Positions 46,566 through 57,219 are shown, numbered from the stretch's first letter. The stretch is DNA of 64,000 nucleotides from Capsulimonadaceae bacterium (GCA_965215505.1 OZ244065.1:1056001-1120000); one strand, 5' to 3'. The notes: generated from the letters alone by a model not told the origin. Translations and numbers: made by a program.

Positions 46566-47690
46566 ATGACCTTAATGCCAACGAATACAGCCGCGTGGCT
46601 CGGATCGAAGCAGGCCCAGCTTGAGGTCAAGTCCGCGCCCTACACGCCCCCGCGCGCAAACGAGATCGTCGTCAAGAACCACGCTGTGGCCATCAACCCC
46701 ATCGACTGGATACTACAGGTCGTCGGCGGCCTCATCTTTCCCTGGATCAAATACCCCTTCGTCCTCGGCTCGGACCTCGCGGGCGAGGTCGTCGAGGTCG
46801 GGAAAGACGTCACTCGGTTCAAAGTAGGCGACCGCGTCCTCGGTCATGCCGTGGGATCGGCCAAAACGCGCAACTCTGCGGCGGAAGGCGCGTTCCAGGA
46901 ATACACCGTCGTCCTCGCCCACATGGCCGCGCCGATCCCCGACGCCATGCCTTACGAAAACGCCGTTGTCCTGCCACTGGCCCTCTCCACCGCCGCCTGC
47001 GGCCTGTTCCAGAAAGACCATCTGGCGCTTTCTTATCCTGCGGCGGCCCCGAAACCCACCGGCCAGGCCCTTCTCGTCTGGGGCGGTTCAACCAGTGTCG
47101 GCGGCAATGCCATCCAGCTTGCGGTCGCGGCGGGCTATGAAGTCATCACGACATCTTCGCCCCGGAACTTCGACTACGTCAAAGAACTGGGAGCAAGCCA
47201 GGCCTTCGACTATCGCAGCAAGACGGCGGTCGCAGACACCATCGCGGCCCTCAAGGGCAAGACGATAGCGGGCGCTCTCGCCATCGGGGCCGGGTCGGCC
47301 GAGGCTTGTATCGACATCGTCCATGCCTGCCACGGCACGAAGTTCGTCTCGACGGCCAGTACGCCCGTCTCGTTTGACACCCTTCCGCCGCACCCCGGCA
47401 TGGGCCGAGTGCTTCCCCTTCTCCTGCGGATCGTGTCGTCCACCGTGTCGCTACAGGTGAAGTGCCGCGCGCGACATATCCGCACCAAGTTCATCATCGG
47501 CGACACTCTGATAGACAACGAGGTCAGCCGGGTGATCTACGAAGACTTCTTGCCCGGCGCTCTCGCCGAAGGCCGCTACGCCGCCGCCCCGGACCCGGAG
47601 ATCGTCGGCGAGGGCCTTGAATACATACAGGCCGGACTGGACATTCAGAAGAAAGGCGTGTCCGCAAAGAAAGTGGTCGTCTCCCTATGA
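46566..47690 (+). CDS. MDR-family (enoyl-reductase-like) oxidoreductase
   Basis: AINPIDW, YPFVLGSDLAGEV and WGGSTSVG motifs. Confidence 0.88.
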   Translation: MTLMPTNTAAWLGSKQAQLEVKSAPYTPPRANEIVVKNHAVAINPIDWILQVVGGLIFPWIKYPFVLGSDLAGEVVEVGKDVTRFKVGDRVLGHAVGSAKTRNSAAEGAFQEYTVVLAHMAAPIPDAMPYENAVVLPLALSTAACGLFQKDHLALSYPAAAPKPTGQALLVWGGSTSVGGNAIQLAVAAGYEVITTSSPRNFDYVKELGASQAFDYRSKTAVADTIAALKGKTIAGALAIGAGSAEACIDIVHACHGTKFVSTASTPVSFDTLPPHPGMGRVLPLLLRIVSSTVSLQVKCRARHIRTKFIIGDTLIDNEVSRVIYEDFLPGALAEGRYAAAPDPEIVGEGLEYIQAGLDIQKKGVSAKKVVVSL

Positions 47691-48555
47691 GAACAGTCCT
47701 GGTCATTGGCGCTTCGGGCTTTGTCGGGGGACATGCCGCTCGGGCGCTGCTCGCGGCCGGGTACGCGGTCCGCTGCCTAGCGCGTGACCCGGCGCGGGTC
47801 CAAGGCCTGGCGACGCTCGGCTGCGAAGTCGTCCGGGGCGACGTTTCCGAATCCGCATTCGTGGAGCAGGCCTTGGACTCCGTTCAGGCGGTCTATGTCT
47901 CGGTACACACGCTGTCGCCTCAGCCGGGCAGTGCGGGCGATCGGCGCTTCATGGCGGTGGAGAGGGACGGGCTGGAGAACATCGTTACGGCCTGCCGGGC
48001 GCAGGGGGTGCGCCGCCTGATCTATGTCACCTCGCTGGGGATTACAGCCGATGCATCAAGCGAGTGGCTGCGAGAGCGCGGGCGGGCGGAACAATTTTTG
48101 CTCGGCAGCGGCCTCGACGTGACTATCCTCCGGCCCGGCATGATCGTCGGCGTGGGCGGGCGCGGCTTCGGGATGATAGCGGGCCAGGCCAAAAAGTCGG
48201 TCGCCGCCTTCTTGGGCGGCGGGCAGCCGATGCGCTCCATCGGCATTGACGACCTGACCTATTACCTCTCGGGCGTGCTGGACGACACGCGCTGACGAAC
48301 GGCGAGAGGCTTGACATTGCGACGGACATTCTCGGTCGTCGCCCTCCCCTCAAGCTGCAAATCCCGACTTCGCTTCTGAGCGCACTCGCGCCGCTGATCG
48401 AGCGCGCGGGCAATCTCCCGAAGGGGGCGATGAGGGGGATGGTGGACAGCCTGGAGGCCGATGCGAGCGGCGACCCGATGCCCATCCGGGCATTGCTGCC
48501 TCGGCCGCTCCTGTCCTTCCGGCAGGCGGTAAAGCGGGCATTGATGATTGAATAG
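47687..48555 (+). pseudogene. NAD(P)H-binding SDR/NmrA-like protein, frameshifted near 48290
   Basis: GASGFVG motif; ORF stops at 48295, but a plausible C-terminus (LTNGERLDIATDILGRR...LLSFRQAVKRALMIE*) continues in another frame to 48555. Confidence 0.75.
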
Positions 48556-48562
48556 AGACGCC

Positions 48563-49471
48563 CTACATTTGATGGATGGGATAGCCTGTTTCTTTGATTT
48601 TCAGCGCGTCCCGCAAGGGCGAGTTCCCAAACATACGAGAATATTCCCGGCTGAATTGGGAGGCACTTTTGTACCCTACTTTGAAAGCTGAACCCTCGGC
48701 GGTTTCACCCTCATCGGTCATCAAGCGCCTTGCTTCCAGCAAGCGAAGGCGCTTCTGATACTGAATCGGACTGAGCGCCGTCACTTCTTTGAAGTGCTTG
48801 AAAAAAGCGGAGCGGCTCATTGCCGCCGCCTTTGCAAGAGCGCCGACATCTATCTCCTCCTCGAGTTCGGCTCTGAGGCTGTAAATCGCCTGAGAGATCT
48901 TGTGCCTATTGCTGCCGGAGCGAACGAACTGTCGGATCGCCGGTCCGTCGGGTCCTTTTAATAGATGATACATCAGTTCTTTAATTACCAGAGGCCCAAG
49001 CACGGGTGCGTCCTCGAGCGCCCGGCAAAGCTCTCCCAGCCGAAGCGCCGCGTCCAGCATTGGATCGCTCGCTCTACCGAGGAACACTGCACGCCCCGAA
49101 TCCTCCGTTTCCTGCGGAGAAGATTTTCCCATCTGAGCCGCGACTTCGCTCAAGGTCAGCGGATCAAAAACGATTTTGAGACACAAAAAAGGCCTCTCCG
49201 GTGTTGCCGAGCAGACGCGGCTGATGACGGGCAAATCAATTGGGGTGGCAACATAATGCGCCCTGTTGTACTGATAGGTTTCGCGTCCCAGCGTGATTTC
49301 CTTTGACCCCTGGGCGATGATGCTTATCGAGGCACGCCAGTGCTGCTTTGTGGGGCGACTTGGCTGAGAGATCTTTATGCAATGCGTGCCTGCAACGGGC
49401 AGCTCATGGAGACCGTCTCCAGGGGAGAATTGGGTGATTATGTTTGCTAGTTCGTTGAGTAATTCCGTCAT
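48563..49471 (-). CDS. AraC family regulator (AraC_N plus HTH)
   Basis: GGAGGA SD; MSRSAFFKHFK, SPIQYQKRLRL and VGYKSASQFSREY motifs. Confidence 0.93.
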   Translation of the reverse strand: MTELLNELANIITQFSPGDGLHELPVAGTHCIKISQPSRPTKQHWRASISIIAQGSKEITLGRETYQYNRAHYVATPIDLPVISRVCSATPERPFLCLKIVFDPLTLSEVAAQMGKSSPQETEDSGRAVFLGRASDPMLDAALRLGELCRALEDAPVLGPLVIKELMYHLLKGPDGPAIRQFVRSGSNRHKISQAIYSLRAELEEEIDVGALAKAAAMSRSAFFKHFKEVTALSPIQYQKRLRLLEARRLMTDEGETAEGSAFKVGYKSASQFSREYSRMFGNSPLRDALKIKETGYPIHQM

Positions 49472-49636
49472 AAATCCTCCAGTACAGGATCTGCACTTTG
49501 CATCCCCATTATAGCGCATTGTGGACTATTAGGCAATAGATTTGGACTTTTATGGTTGGCACTCAAGAAAGAGCGAAGGTACTATCATGTCTCGGAAGAC
49601 GCCATAAATGACAAAGAACAAGGAGGAAAAATAAAT

Positions 49637-50125
49637 ATGAAGACGACAGGCGAAAGAATGGACCCCGAGCTAGCTGAGGCGCTCGCGGCCATACCGATGG
49701 GGCCGAACGGGATATTCGACCTGAACGACATTGAAGGAACGCGGGCGGCGGTGCGCGAGATGGCGGCAGCCATGTCTGTCGGGCCGGAAGATACGACTGT
49801 ATCCATCGAAACGGTCGAAGTGGGCCGTTCCGAGGGGCCGGACGTGCCGATCAGGCTCTTCCGACCAGCGATGCGGCCCGGCCTGCTTCCTGCTCTACTC
49901 TGGTTCCACGGCGGCGGGCAGGTCCTCGGCGATGCAGCCCAGGAAGATCAGTCCCTCAAGCGCATGTCTGTCCAAGTCGGCTGCGTGATCGCCGCTGTTG
50001 ACTACCGTCTGGCGCCTGAGACGCGCTCTCCGGGAGCGGCGGAGGACTGCTACCTCGCGTACCAATAATTATGCCGTGAGGCAGTACGGCTGGGCATCGA
50101 CGCCGGCCGGATCGGCATTCTGGCG
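49637..50125 (+). pseudogene. truncated alpha/beta hydrolase (HSL/Aes family)
   Basis: HGGG and VDYRLAPE motifs; in-frame TAA at 50066-50068 where Trp is expected; reads on as LGIDAGRIGI, then no GxSAG nucleophile motif. Confidence 0.8.
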
Positions 50126-50172
50126 TCGATGGCTGCTTCCATTTCGCTGATTGAATTGAAGGAGGATTTAAC

Positions 50173-51081
50173 ATGCGTGTTTTCGTAACAGGAGCCACCG
50201 GCTTCATCGGCTCGGCGGTCGTGACCGAGCTAAAGGCGGCGGGGCACCAGGTGCTGGGGTTGGCCCGCAACGACGCTGCCGGCGAGGCATTGGCGAGGAT
50301 GGGCGCTGGGGCACACCGGGGCGACTTGATGGACCCGGAGAGCCTCGCGGCAGGTGCGCGGGCTTGCGACGGCGTGGCCCATCTGGCCTTCAACCACGGC
50401 TTTGGCACGACCCCGCTTGATGTCGCCGCCGGGATGGACCTGCGTGCGGTGGAGGCGATGACCGGCGCGCTGGAAGGCACGGGCAAGTCTTTCGTCCTGA
50501 CGTCCGGGACTCTGATGATTGCGTTCGGCCGCGCCGACGCAGGAACCGGCACGGAGGAGGACGCGCCGGTGAGCCTGGACATCCCGCGCGCCGCGTCGGA
50601 GGCGGCGGTGCTGGCGGCCGCCGGTCGTGGCGTGCGCTCCAGTATCGTGCGATTGTCGCCCACGGTCCACGGCGCGGGCGACCACGGCTTCGTGCCCATG
50701 CTGATTGAGACCGCGCGCCGCACAGGCGTCGCTGCCTACATCGGCGACGGCGCGAACCTCTGGCCGGCGGTCCACCGTCTGGACGCCGCGCGCCTCTACC
50801 GGCTGGCGCTCGAGAAGGCCGCCCCCGGAACACGCCTGCACGGCGTGGCCGAGGAGGGCGTACCGACCCGAGAGATCGCCGAGGTGATCGGCCGACGCCT
50901 GGGCCTGCCGGTCGTCAGCAAGTCCCCCGAAGAGGCCGCCAACCATTTCGGCTGGATCGCGTACTTCCTGGGCATCAACGGCCCGGCGTCGAGCGCGCTC
51001 ACGCGGGAAGGGCTGGGGTGGCACCCGACGCAGCCGGGGCTGATCGCCGACCTCGACCATGGGACCTATTTCGACGCCTGA
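50173..51081 (+). CDS. atypical SDR / NAD-dependent epimerase-dehydratase (paralog of 45608..46501)
   Basis: TGATGFIG; WPAVHRLDAARLYRLALE; SD GGAGG. Confidence 0.9.
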   Translation: MRVFVTGATGFIGSAVVTELKAAGHQVLGLARNDAAGEALARMGAGAHRGDLMDPESLAAGARACDGVAHLAFNHGFGTTPLDVAAGMDLRAVEAMTGALEGTGKSFVLTSGTLMIAFGRADAGTGTEEDAPVSLDIPRAASEAAVLAAAGRGVRSSIVRLSPTVHGAGDHGFVPMLIETARRTGVAAYIGDGANLWPAVHRLDAARLYRLALEKAAPGTRLHGVAEEGVPTREIAEVIGRRLGLPVVSKSPEEAANHFGWIAYFLGINGPASSALTREGLGWHPTQPGLIADLDHGTYFDA

Positions 51082-51092
51082 AAGGAGTACCG

Positions 51093-51968
51093 ATGAGTAA
51101 CGCACCATTCTTCGTAGCGGGAGTCACCGGCAACGTCGGGGGAGCAGCCGCGCGCAGGCTGCTGGAAGAGGGCCACACGGTCCGCGCCCTGGTGCGCGAC
51201 CCGTCGAAGGCCGCCGGATGGGCGCAGAAGGGCGTTGACATGCGCCAGGGGGACTTCACCGACCCGGCCGCCGTCGCTGCGGCTCTGGAGGGGGTCGCGG
51301 GCGCTTACCTGATGATACCGCCCATCCTCGTCCCGTCGCCGGGCTACCCGGAGGCGAAGGCCGTCCTCGTCAGCTTCCAAGAGGCGCTGCGCCAGTCACC
51401 CCCGCCCCGGCTGGTGCTGCTGTCCTCGATCGGTTCGGAGCAGGGCAGCGGGCTGGGGAACATCACCACCACCCACCTGATGGAAGAGGCCTTGGGCGGC
51501 CTGCCCTTCCCGACCGCTTTCGTCCGGGCCGGCTCGTTCCTGGAGAACTACCTCGGCGGGCTGGGGGCGGCGGCAGCCTCCGGGGTGTACTACAGCTTCT
51601 TCCAGCCCGTGGACCGCGCCTTCCCGATGATCGCCACGGCGGACATCGGGGCAGAGGTCGCCCGGCTGCTGGTCGGCGGCTGGGAGGGCAAGAAGATCGT
51701 GGAGATCGGCTCCCCGGTCAGCGCGAACGACCTCGCCCGCGCGATGGCCGAGGCGCTCGGCCGGCCGGTGCAGGCGCAGGCGATCCCGCGCGAGCGGTGG
51801 GCGGCCACCCTGGAGACTTTCGGCATGGCACCCGGCACCACCGGTCTTTACGAGGAGATGATGAACGGGTTCAACACGGGCTGGATCGCCTTCGGCGTTC
51901 CCGGCACCGAGCCGGTTCCCGGCACGACCACCCCGGCCCAGTTCTTCGCGTCGGCGAGAAAGGCTTGA
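51093..51968 (+). CDS. NmrA family NAD(P)-binding protein
   Basis: AAGGAG SD; GVTGNVG; MIATADIG. Confidence 0.88.
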   Translation: MSNAPFFVAGVTGNVGGAAARRLLEEGHTVRALVRDPSKAAGWAQKGVDMRQGDFTDPAAVAAALEGVAGAYLMIPPILVPSPGYPEAKAVLVSFQEALRQSPPPRLVLLSSIGSEQGSGLGNITTTHLMEEALGGLPFPTAFVRAGSFLENYLGGLGAAAASGVYYSFFQPVDRAFPMIATADIGAEVARLLVGGWEGKKIVEIGSPVSANDLARAMAEALGRPVQAQAIPRERWAATLETFGMAPGTTGLYEEMMNGFNTGWIAFGVPGTEPVPGTTTPAQFFASARKA

Positions 51969-51998
51969 CCGGTCGGCACGAGTCCGGTCGGCACGAGT
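51969..51998. repeat. 15-bp perfect tandem duplication
   Basis: CCGGTCGGCACGAGT x2 immediately after the stop codon. Confidence 0.9.
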
Positions 51999-52016
51999 GA
52001 GGAAGATTAGAGAGCC

Positions 52017-52080
52017 ATGATCTTGATTACCGGGGCCGCCAGGAGCCTCGGTAGGGTCATCAAACACCTATGGGAAAGTG
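52017..52080 (+). pseudogene. N-terminal remnant of an SDR/NmrA gene
   Basis: GAGGAAG then ATG ATC TTG ATT ACC GGG GCC, giving MILITGAARSLG, a degenerate Rossmann start; runs into the convergent gene. Confidence 0.5.
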
Positions 52081-52098
52081 GCTTCCCCCGCTACCATG

Positions 52099-52476
52099 TC
52101 AGGGGATGTACGAGCCGTCGTTAGGGAGGATGACTTGCAAGAACGCCTCAAACAAGAGGAGGCAGGCAGCGGCTAATGTGAAGGCGACTGCGAAGACCGG
52201 AAATCGCCGCCGCAGCAACGCGAAAAAGCCCGCATAGACAAGTGTGGTGATACAAAGGATCATGCAATCCCTCGGGCCATAGTATGAGGCGGGCGGCGGG
52301 TGCGGCAGCGGAAGAAACCAGCTCAACCAGAGCAAGAGCAGGAAGAATGCCACGACAGAAACCGCCCCGAAGAGTAAACCAGAGATAGCCGAACCAAACG
52401 CGATGCCCCACACGTCTGGGTCTTCCTCGCTGGGTGTCTCGGCCTCCCTCATGTTGTCCGATGCCTTCGCGTCCAT
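52099..52476 (-). CDS. hypothetical three-TM membrane protein
   Basis: 125-aa ORF with three hydrophobic helices; visibly lower GC. Confidence 0.55.
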   Translation of the reverse strand: MDAKASDNMREAETPSEEDPDVWGIAFGSAISGLLFGAVSVVAFFLLLLWLSWFLPLPHPPPASYYGPRDCMILCITTLVYAGFFALLRRRFPVFAVAFTLAAACLLLFEAFLQVILPNDGSYIP

Positions 52477-52542
52477 GCGTCATAACCTTTATCGCGTGAC
52501 TCAACATGGTGCGATGCCGACCACTCACGGCATGGCGGATAT

Positions 52543-52578
52543 GAGGCCGCCCCGGAATTTCCGGGGCGGCCTCCTTTT
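52543..52578. terminator. strong hairpin / intrinsic terminator
   Basis: GAGGCCGCCCCGGAA-T-TTCCGGGGCGGCCTC-CTTTT. Confidence 0.65.
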
Positions 52579-52599
52579 GTCCCTGTGGGTTGGGCCGAC

Positions 52600-53733
52600 C
52601 TATTGATTGGCGGGGATCAGGAAGCCGACTTTCCAGGTGCGGGTGAAGTGCAGCCGCTTGTCCAAAGCCTGGAAGCGGGCGGCGTCTTCAGGGGTCAGCC
52701 GGACGGCGTCCTCGGCGGGACCCAGGACCCGCTCGGCGATCAGGATCAAGGGGTGTGCGCCCCCCACCCCGGCCTCGGCGTCGGCTTCGGCGTGGTAGTA
52801 GCGGACGATGGACTCTTCCTGGACCTCGTCCGGCGTGGGGACGTGCGAGCGGTCGGGGTAGAGGAGGGTCTGGTCGGGCAGCGCGCCGTAGATGGCCGGG
52901 GCCGGCGAGCGGCTGATGCGCGGCAGGCCGCGGGCGTCGATCAGGATGCCGGTATAGACCGACATGTCCTCCACGACCGGGGCCACGGGGACGGGCGCCG
53001 GGGCGGGTGCCTCGGGGGCGGGCAGGACGCGCAGGCGGTCCGCTTCCACCACGCCGCTGGGCAGGAGGACTCCGACCAGGCGGACGCGCATCCCGGCCGT
53101 CAGGTCGGCGGTCTGCCCGGCCCGCTCGGTCCCGCGCAGGATGATGTCGGCGGCGTGGGTGTCCAGCGAGTACCGCTTGTCGTCGTCGCCCAGGAAGGTG
53201 ACGGCGTCACGGGCGGCGTCCACCTCGCGGACGATCCCGTCCAGGTTGAGCTGCGGCTGTGCGGGGGCCGGCGCGGGTTCAGGCGGCAGGGGCACGGCGG
53301 GAGGCAGGACCGCAGCGGGTTCGGGCGGCAGCGGCAGGGCGGGCTGCGGGGCGTAGGGGGCGTCCTCGACGAGCGTACCTCGGAAGCGGGGCAGGACGCG
53401 CAGGCGGGTGGCTTCCAGCAGGTTGCGGCCCAGCAGGGTGCCGGTGACCTCGACGCGCATACCGCGCGCGAGGTCGGTCGTCTCGCCCAGGCGGTGACTC
53501 TGCTGGAGGAGGATGTCGGCCCCGTAGGCGTCCACGATGTAGCGGTGGTTGTCGGTGCCGGCCAAGGCGAGGCGGTCATCGGACCGGCTCACCGACTGGA
53601 CGGTCCCCTCCACGACGTAGTCGCCGTGGATGGGGTGATACGGGTCGTCGTCCGCGCGCACGGGGACGGTAGCGAGGGCGGAGGAGAAACAAAGGAGACC
53701 GAAGGCCAATGCGGCAAAACGAACACGCGGCAT
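52600..53733 (-). CDS. secreted protein with two DUF5666-like OB-fold repeats and a C-terminal YTGILIDARG domain
   Basis: GGGAGG SD; signal peptide; duplicated DL..GMRV...G.LL.....EA.RLRVLP; Pro-rich linkers. Confidence 0.7.
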   Translation of the reverse strand: MPRVRFAALAFGLLCFSSALATVPVRADDDPYHPIHGDYVVEGTVQSVSRSDDRLALAGTDNHRYIVDAYGADILLQQSHRLGETTDLARGMRVEVTGTLLGRNLLEATRLRVLPRFRGTLVEDAPYAPQPALPLPPEPAAVLPPAVPLPPEPAPAPAQPQLNLDGIVREVDAARDAVTFLGDDDKRYSLDTHAADIILRGTERAGQTADLTAGMRVRLVGVLLPSGVVEADRLRVLPAPEAPAPAPVPVAPVVEDMSVYTGILIDARGLPRISRSPAPAIYGALPDQTLLYPDRSHVPTPDEVQEESIVRYYHAEADAEAGVGGAHPLILIAERVLGPAEDAVRLTPEDAARFQALDKRLHFTRTWKVGFLIPANQ

Positions 53734-53818
53734 AGTAGATCCCTCCCAGAATGTCTTGAGTCCATTATACGGCAGATTCGGCCTAATCTTCAGAGACATC
53801 CCGGCCATAATAGGGAAT

Positions 53819-54874
53819 TTAATTCTCGCGGCGGCGCACCCGGTCCGCGAGGGATTTGAACAGGCCGCCGTCGTACCCGGCGATGTCCGGGGCCTGGCGG
53901 CGGCAGAAGTCGTCCACGATGCGTTTCGCCTCCCAGGGCGTCATCGCGCCGCCCCCGGCCAAGGCGCGCAGCAGGTCCAGGCGCGTGACCGTCTCCCGCG
54001 CGGGGTGCGCGCGGAGGACCGAGGCCAGGATGTCGTCGTAGTCCGTCGGCACCGGGGCAGGCGCGGCCAGGCGCTCGCTGTCCATGACGCGCCGGACGCC
54101 GGCCAGGCCCGCCTCGTTCGCCTCGCGGAGCGCCTGCAAGACGCCGGTGCGCCCGAACGGGGAGCGGGCACTGCTCTTGGCATTCATGAGGTTCTGGGCC
54201 GAGGCGAGGAAGGCGCGGACTTCTGCCAGGTCCGTCTCGCGCCGGACGAGGCTCGTCAGGAGGCCGGCGGGGACGAGGGCGGCTGCCTCCTCGACGGCCG
54301 GGGCGGGCAGCGGGGCGGGGAGCGCGGGGTGGGTGAGCTGATACACAAACTCCGGCTCCGCAAGGTCGCGCAGTACCTTCATGCCCAGCGCGACCAGGGC
54401 CGCGCCCTCCGGGAGCAGGTCGTGGACTAGGGAGCGGGTGAGGCTGGACAGCAGGATCTGGCCGCCCTCGGCCAGCGCGCGGAGGCGGGCACAGCGGTTG
54501 ACCGCGACCCCGTAGTAGTCCCGCTCGCGCAGGTCGGCCTCGCCGGTGTGCAGGGCCATCCGCACCCGCAGGGGGGTGTCGGCCGGCCACTCCTCGATCG
54601 CCAGGGCCTGCTGGAGCGTGCAGGCGGCGCGGACGGCGTCCGGGGCGGAGGCGAAGACGGCGAAGAGGCTGTCGCCCTCCCCCCGGCTCTTGATCAGCAG
54701 GCCGTCGTGGGAGTCCACGAGGCCCGAGGCGAGGGTGTCGTGGCGAGTCAGGGCGGCGCGCATGGCTTCCGGGGATCGCTCCCAGAGGCGGGCGCTGCGC
54801 TCGACGTCGGTGAAGAGGAAGGTGATCGTCCCGGTCGGCGGGGCCGAGGCGGGCGATCCCGAAAGGGCGGACAT
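53819..54874 (-). CDS. class III adenylate/guanylate cyclase domain protein
   Basis: TFLFTDVERS, GEGDS and HTGE...DYYGVAVNRCARL (metal-binding Asp pair and N/R retained). Confidence 0.88.
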   Translation of the reverse strand: MSALSGSPASAPPTGTITFLFTDVERSARLWERSPEAMRAALTRHDTLASGLVDSHDGLLIKSRGEGDSLFAVFASAPDAVRAACTLQQALAIEEWPADTPLRVRMALHTGEADLRERDYYGVAVNRCARLRALAEGGQILLSSLTRSLVHDLLPEGAALVALGMKVLRDLAEPEFVYQLTHPALPAPLPAPAVEEAAALVPAGLLTSLVRRETDLAEVRAFLASAQNLMNAKSSARSPFGRTGVLQALREANEAGLAGVRRVMDSERLAAPAPVPTDYDDILASVLRAHPARETVTRLDLLRALAGGGAMTPWEAKRIVDDFCRRQAPDIAGYDGGLFKSLADRVRRREN

Positions 54875-54958
54875 GGGTTAGGTATTCGCCGCCGATGCCC
54901 GGAATCCTGCCCGGCAGGCTCCGAGCGGGTATAATAGCCCCAGACTTAGTGGCAGACA

Positions 54959-56311
54959 GTGAAGGACCTCCCCCTTATGGCGGCACCGCGCGAGAGACAC
55001 GACCCGTGGCAGGCGGACCTGACCTACATCATCGGCCACCAGAGGCCGGACATGGACGCCATCGCGTCGGCAGTCGGCTACGCCTGGTTCCTGGGCCAGA
55101 CCGGGGCCGACAGGGTCGTGGCCGCCCGCGCGGGCCAGGTGGGGGCGCAGGCGGCTTTCGCCCTGGGCTACTTCGGGACCCGCCCGCCGCGCGTCCTTTC
55201 CAGCGCGGCCCCGACGTTCGGGCACGTCGCCTCGCCGCAGGAGCCGGTGACGCCGGACGACCTGCTCGGGGAGGCGATGTCCAGGCTGGCGCAGGGGGAA
55301 CGGCTGGTGCCGGTGGTGGACGGCGACGGCAAGCTGCTCGGCGGGCTGACGCCGCTGGCCCTGGCGCGTGCCTACGCTCAGGTGGCCGGGGGGCTGGCCC
55401 GCGCTTCGGAGCAGACCTGCCGGGCCTATGTGGAGGACCTGCCGACGGTCCCCGCCGGCGACCGTATCCGGGACCGGCGCGGGGCCATGCTGCGGGGCGG
55501 CGGCGAGGAGTTTTTGGTGGTCGGCGAGGACGGACGCTATCAGGGCACGGCCAGCCGTCAGTGCCTCCTGGAGCCGCCGCGCGCCCGGCTGATACTGGTA
55601 GACCATAACGAGCTGTCGCAGGCCGTGACCGGGGCGGACGAGGCGGAGATTGTCGGCGTGCTGGACCACCACCGGCTGGGGAACGCCTCCACGGCGGCCC
55701 CGATCCCGTTCGTCGTCGAGCCGGTCGGCAGCACCAGCACCCTGGTCGCGGAGGCCTGCCGTCAGGGGAACGCCGCCCCGCCCGCCGAGATCGCCGGGCT
55801 GCTGCTGTCGGGCATCCTGTCCGACACGCTCGTCTTCCGCTCCCCGACCGTGACCGACCGGGACCGGGTGGCCGCCGACTGGCTGGCGGGCCTGAGCGGC
55901 ATCGAGATCCCCGACTTCGGCCAGCACTTGATCCAGGCCTCGCCCGGCCTGGTGGACCGCTCCGCCGACCAGATCGTGGACGGCGACCGGAAGAACTACG
56001 AGATGGCGGGCAAGGCGGTCAGCGTCGCCCAGGTGGAGGTGACCGGCTTCGGGGAACTGCCCGAGCGTAAAAAGGATTTAGTGGAGGCGCTGGACGCCCG
56101 CCGGGAGCGCGACGGCCTGGCCCTGATCTGCCTGATGGTGACGGACGTGGTGACGATCCAGAGCCGCCTGCTCTGCCGGGGCGACGCGGCCATCCTGGGC
56201 GGCCTGCCGTTCGCGCGCATAGACGGCAGCGAGTTCGAGCTGGGCAGCATCGTCTCCCGGAAGAAGCAGCTCGTGCCGGCCCTGCAAGGCGCGATCGAGG
56301 AGTTGGAATAA
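54959..56311 (+). CDS. ppaC: manganese-dependent (family II) inorganic pyrophosphatase with a CBS pair
   Basis: GHQRPDMDAIAS, VDHNE, DHH, GILSDT and SRKKQ motifs; TATAAT at 54930-54935. Confidence 0.9.
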   Translation: MKDLPLMAAPRERHDPWQADLTYIIGHQRPDMDAIASAVGYAWFLGQTGADRVVAARAGQVGAQAAFALGYFGTRPPRVLSSAAPTFGHVASPQEPVTPDDLLGEAMSRLAQGERLVPVVDGDGKLLGGLTPLALARAYAQVAGGLARASEQTCRAYVEDLPTVPAGDRIRDRRGAMLRGGGEEFLVVGEDGRYQGTASRQCLLEPPRARLILVDHNELSQAVTGADEAEIVGVLDHHRLGNASTAAPIPFVVEPVGSTSTLVAEACRQGNAAPPAEIAGLLLSGILSDTLVFRSPTVTDRDRVAADWLAGLSGIEIPDFGQHLIQASPGLVDRSADQIVDGDRKNYEMAGKAVSVAQVEVTGFGELPERKKDLVEALDARRERDGLALICLMVTDVVTIQSRLLCRGDAAILGGLPFARIDGSEFELGSIVSRKKQLVPALQGAIEELE

Positions 56312-56313
56312 AG

Positions 56314-57219
56314 ATGCAGATTTTGATCACGGGCGGGTGCGGCTTCATCGGCAAGGCGGCGGGCCGGGCGCTTAGGGAGTGTGGCCACGAGGTCCGGCTG
56401 CTGTCCAGCCGGTGGTCCGGCGTACAGAACGGCGTCCCGGTCGTCCGAGGCGACGTCCGCGACCCGGCGAGCCTGACGGCGGCGACGGAGGGCGTTGAAG
56501 GGGTCGTCCTGGCCCACCAGTTCCCGAACTTCCCCATCGAGAACCCGAAGGCACGTCAGACGTTCCGGGAAGTGGATGCAGAGGGAACGGCCAACGTCAT
56601 CGCCGCACTCGAAGTACACGGGCGGCCAAAGCATCTGGTCTACCTGAGCGGGGCGGCCGTCCGGGACGAGATGGCGGGGGCACATCCGGGCATTGACGCC
56701 AAGCTCGACGCCGAGCGGCATGTGCGCGAGAGCGGCATCCCCTGGACCATCCTGCGGGCCTCCATCGTCTACGGGCCGGGGGACCACTACTTCTCGCGGC
56801 TGGCCGACATGATCGCGGCAGGGCCGGTCGTGCCGGTCTTCGGCGACGGGCGCGCGCTGTCCTCGCCCATCCACATCGAGGACCTGGCCCAAGCCGTCGC
56901 CGCCGCCTTTGACGACCCGCGCGCCCACAACGCGCTGCTGGATGCCTGCGGGCCGAACGTGCTCAGTGCGAACGCGACGCTGGACCTGCTGATGCAGGTC
57001 TTGGGGCAGCGCCGCCCCGTCCTGCACCTGCCGGTCGGGGCGATGAACGCCGTGGCCTCGGCTTTGGAGCGGCTGCCTGCCCCGCCGCTGTCGCGCGGCC
57101 TGATCGCCTTCAGCCGCTTTGACAACACCTCGCAGGGCATGAACGCCGACACATTGCTGGGCCTGAAGTTCCGCACGGTGGACGAGGGCGTCCGGCAGGT
57201 CTATGGGGGGATCGCATGA
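56314..57219 (+). CDS. NAD-dependent epimerase / NDUFA9-like SDR
   Basis: [22 protein letters not shown]. Confidence 0.85.
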   Translation: MQILITGGCGFIGKAAGRALRECGHEVRLLSSRWSGVQNGVPVVRGDVRDPASLTAATEGVEGVVLAHQFPNFPIENPKARQTFREVDAEGTANVIAALEVHGRPKHLVYLSGAAVRDEMAGAHPGIDAKLDAERHVRESGIPWTILRASIVYGPGDHYFSRLADMIAAGPVVPVFGDGRALSSPIHIEDLAQAVAAAFDDPRAHNALLDACGPNVLSANATLDLLMQVLGQRRPVLHLPVGAMNAVASALERLPAPPLSRGLIAFSRFDNTSQGMNADTLLGLKFRTVDEGVRQVYGGIA

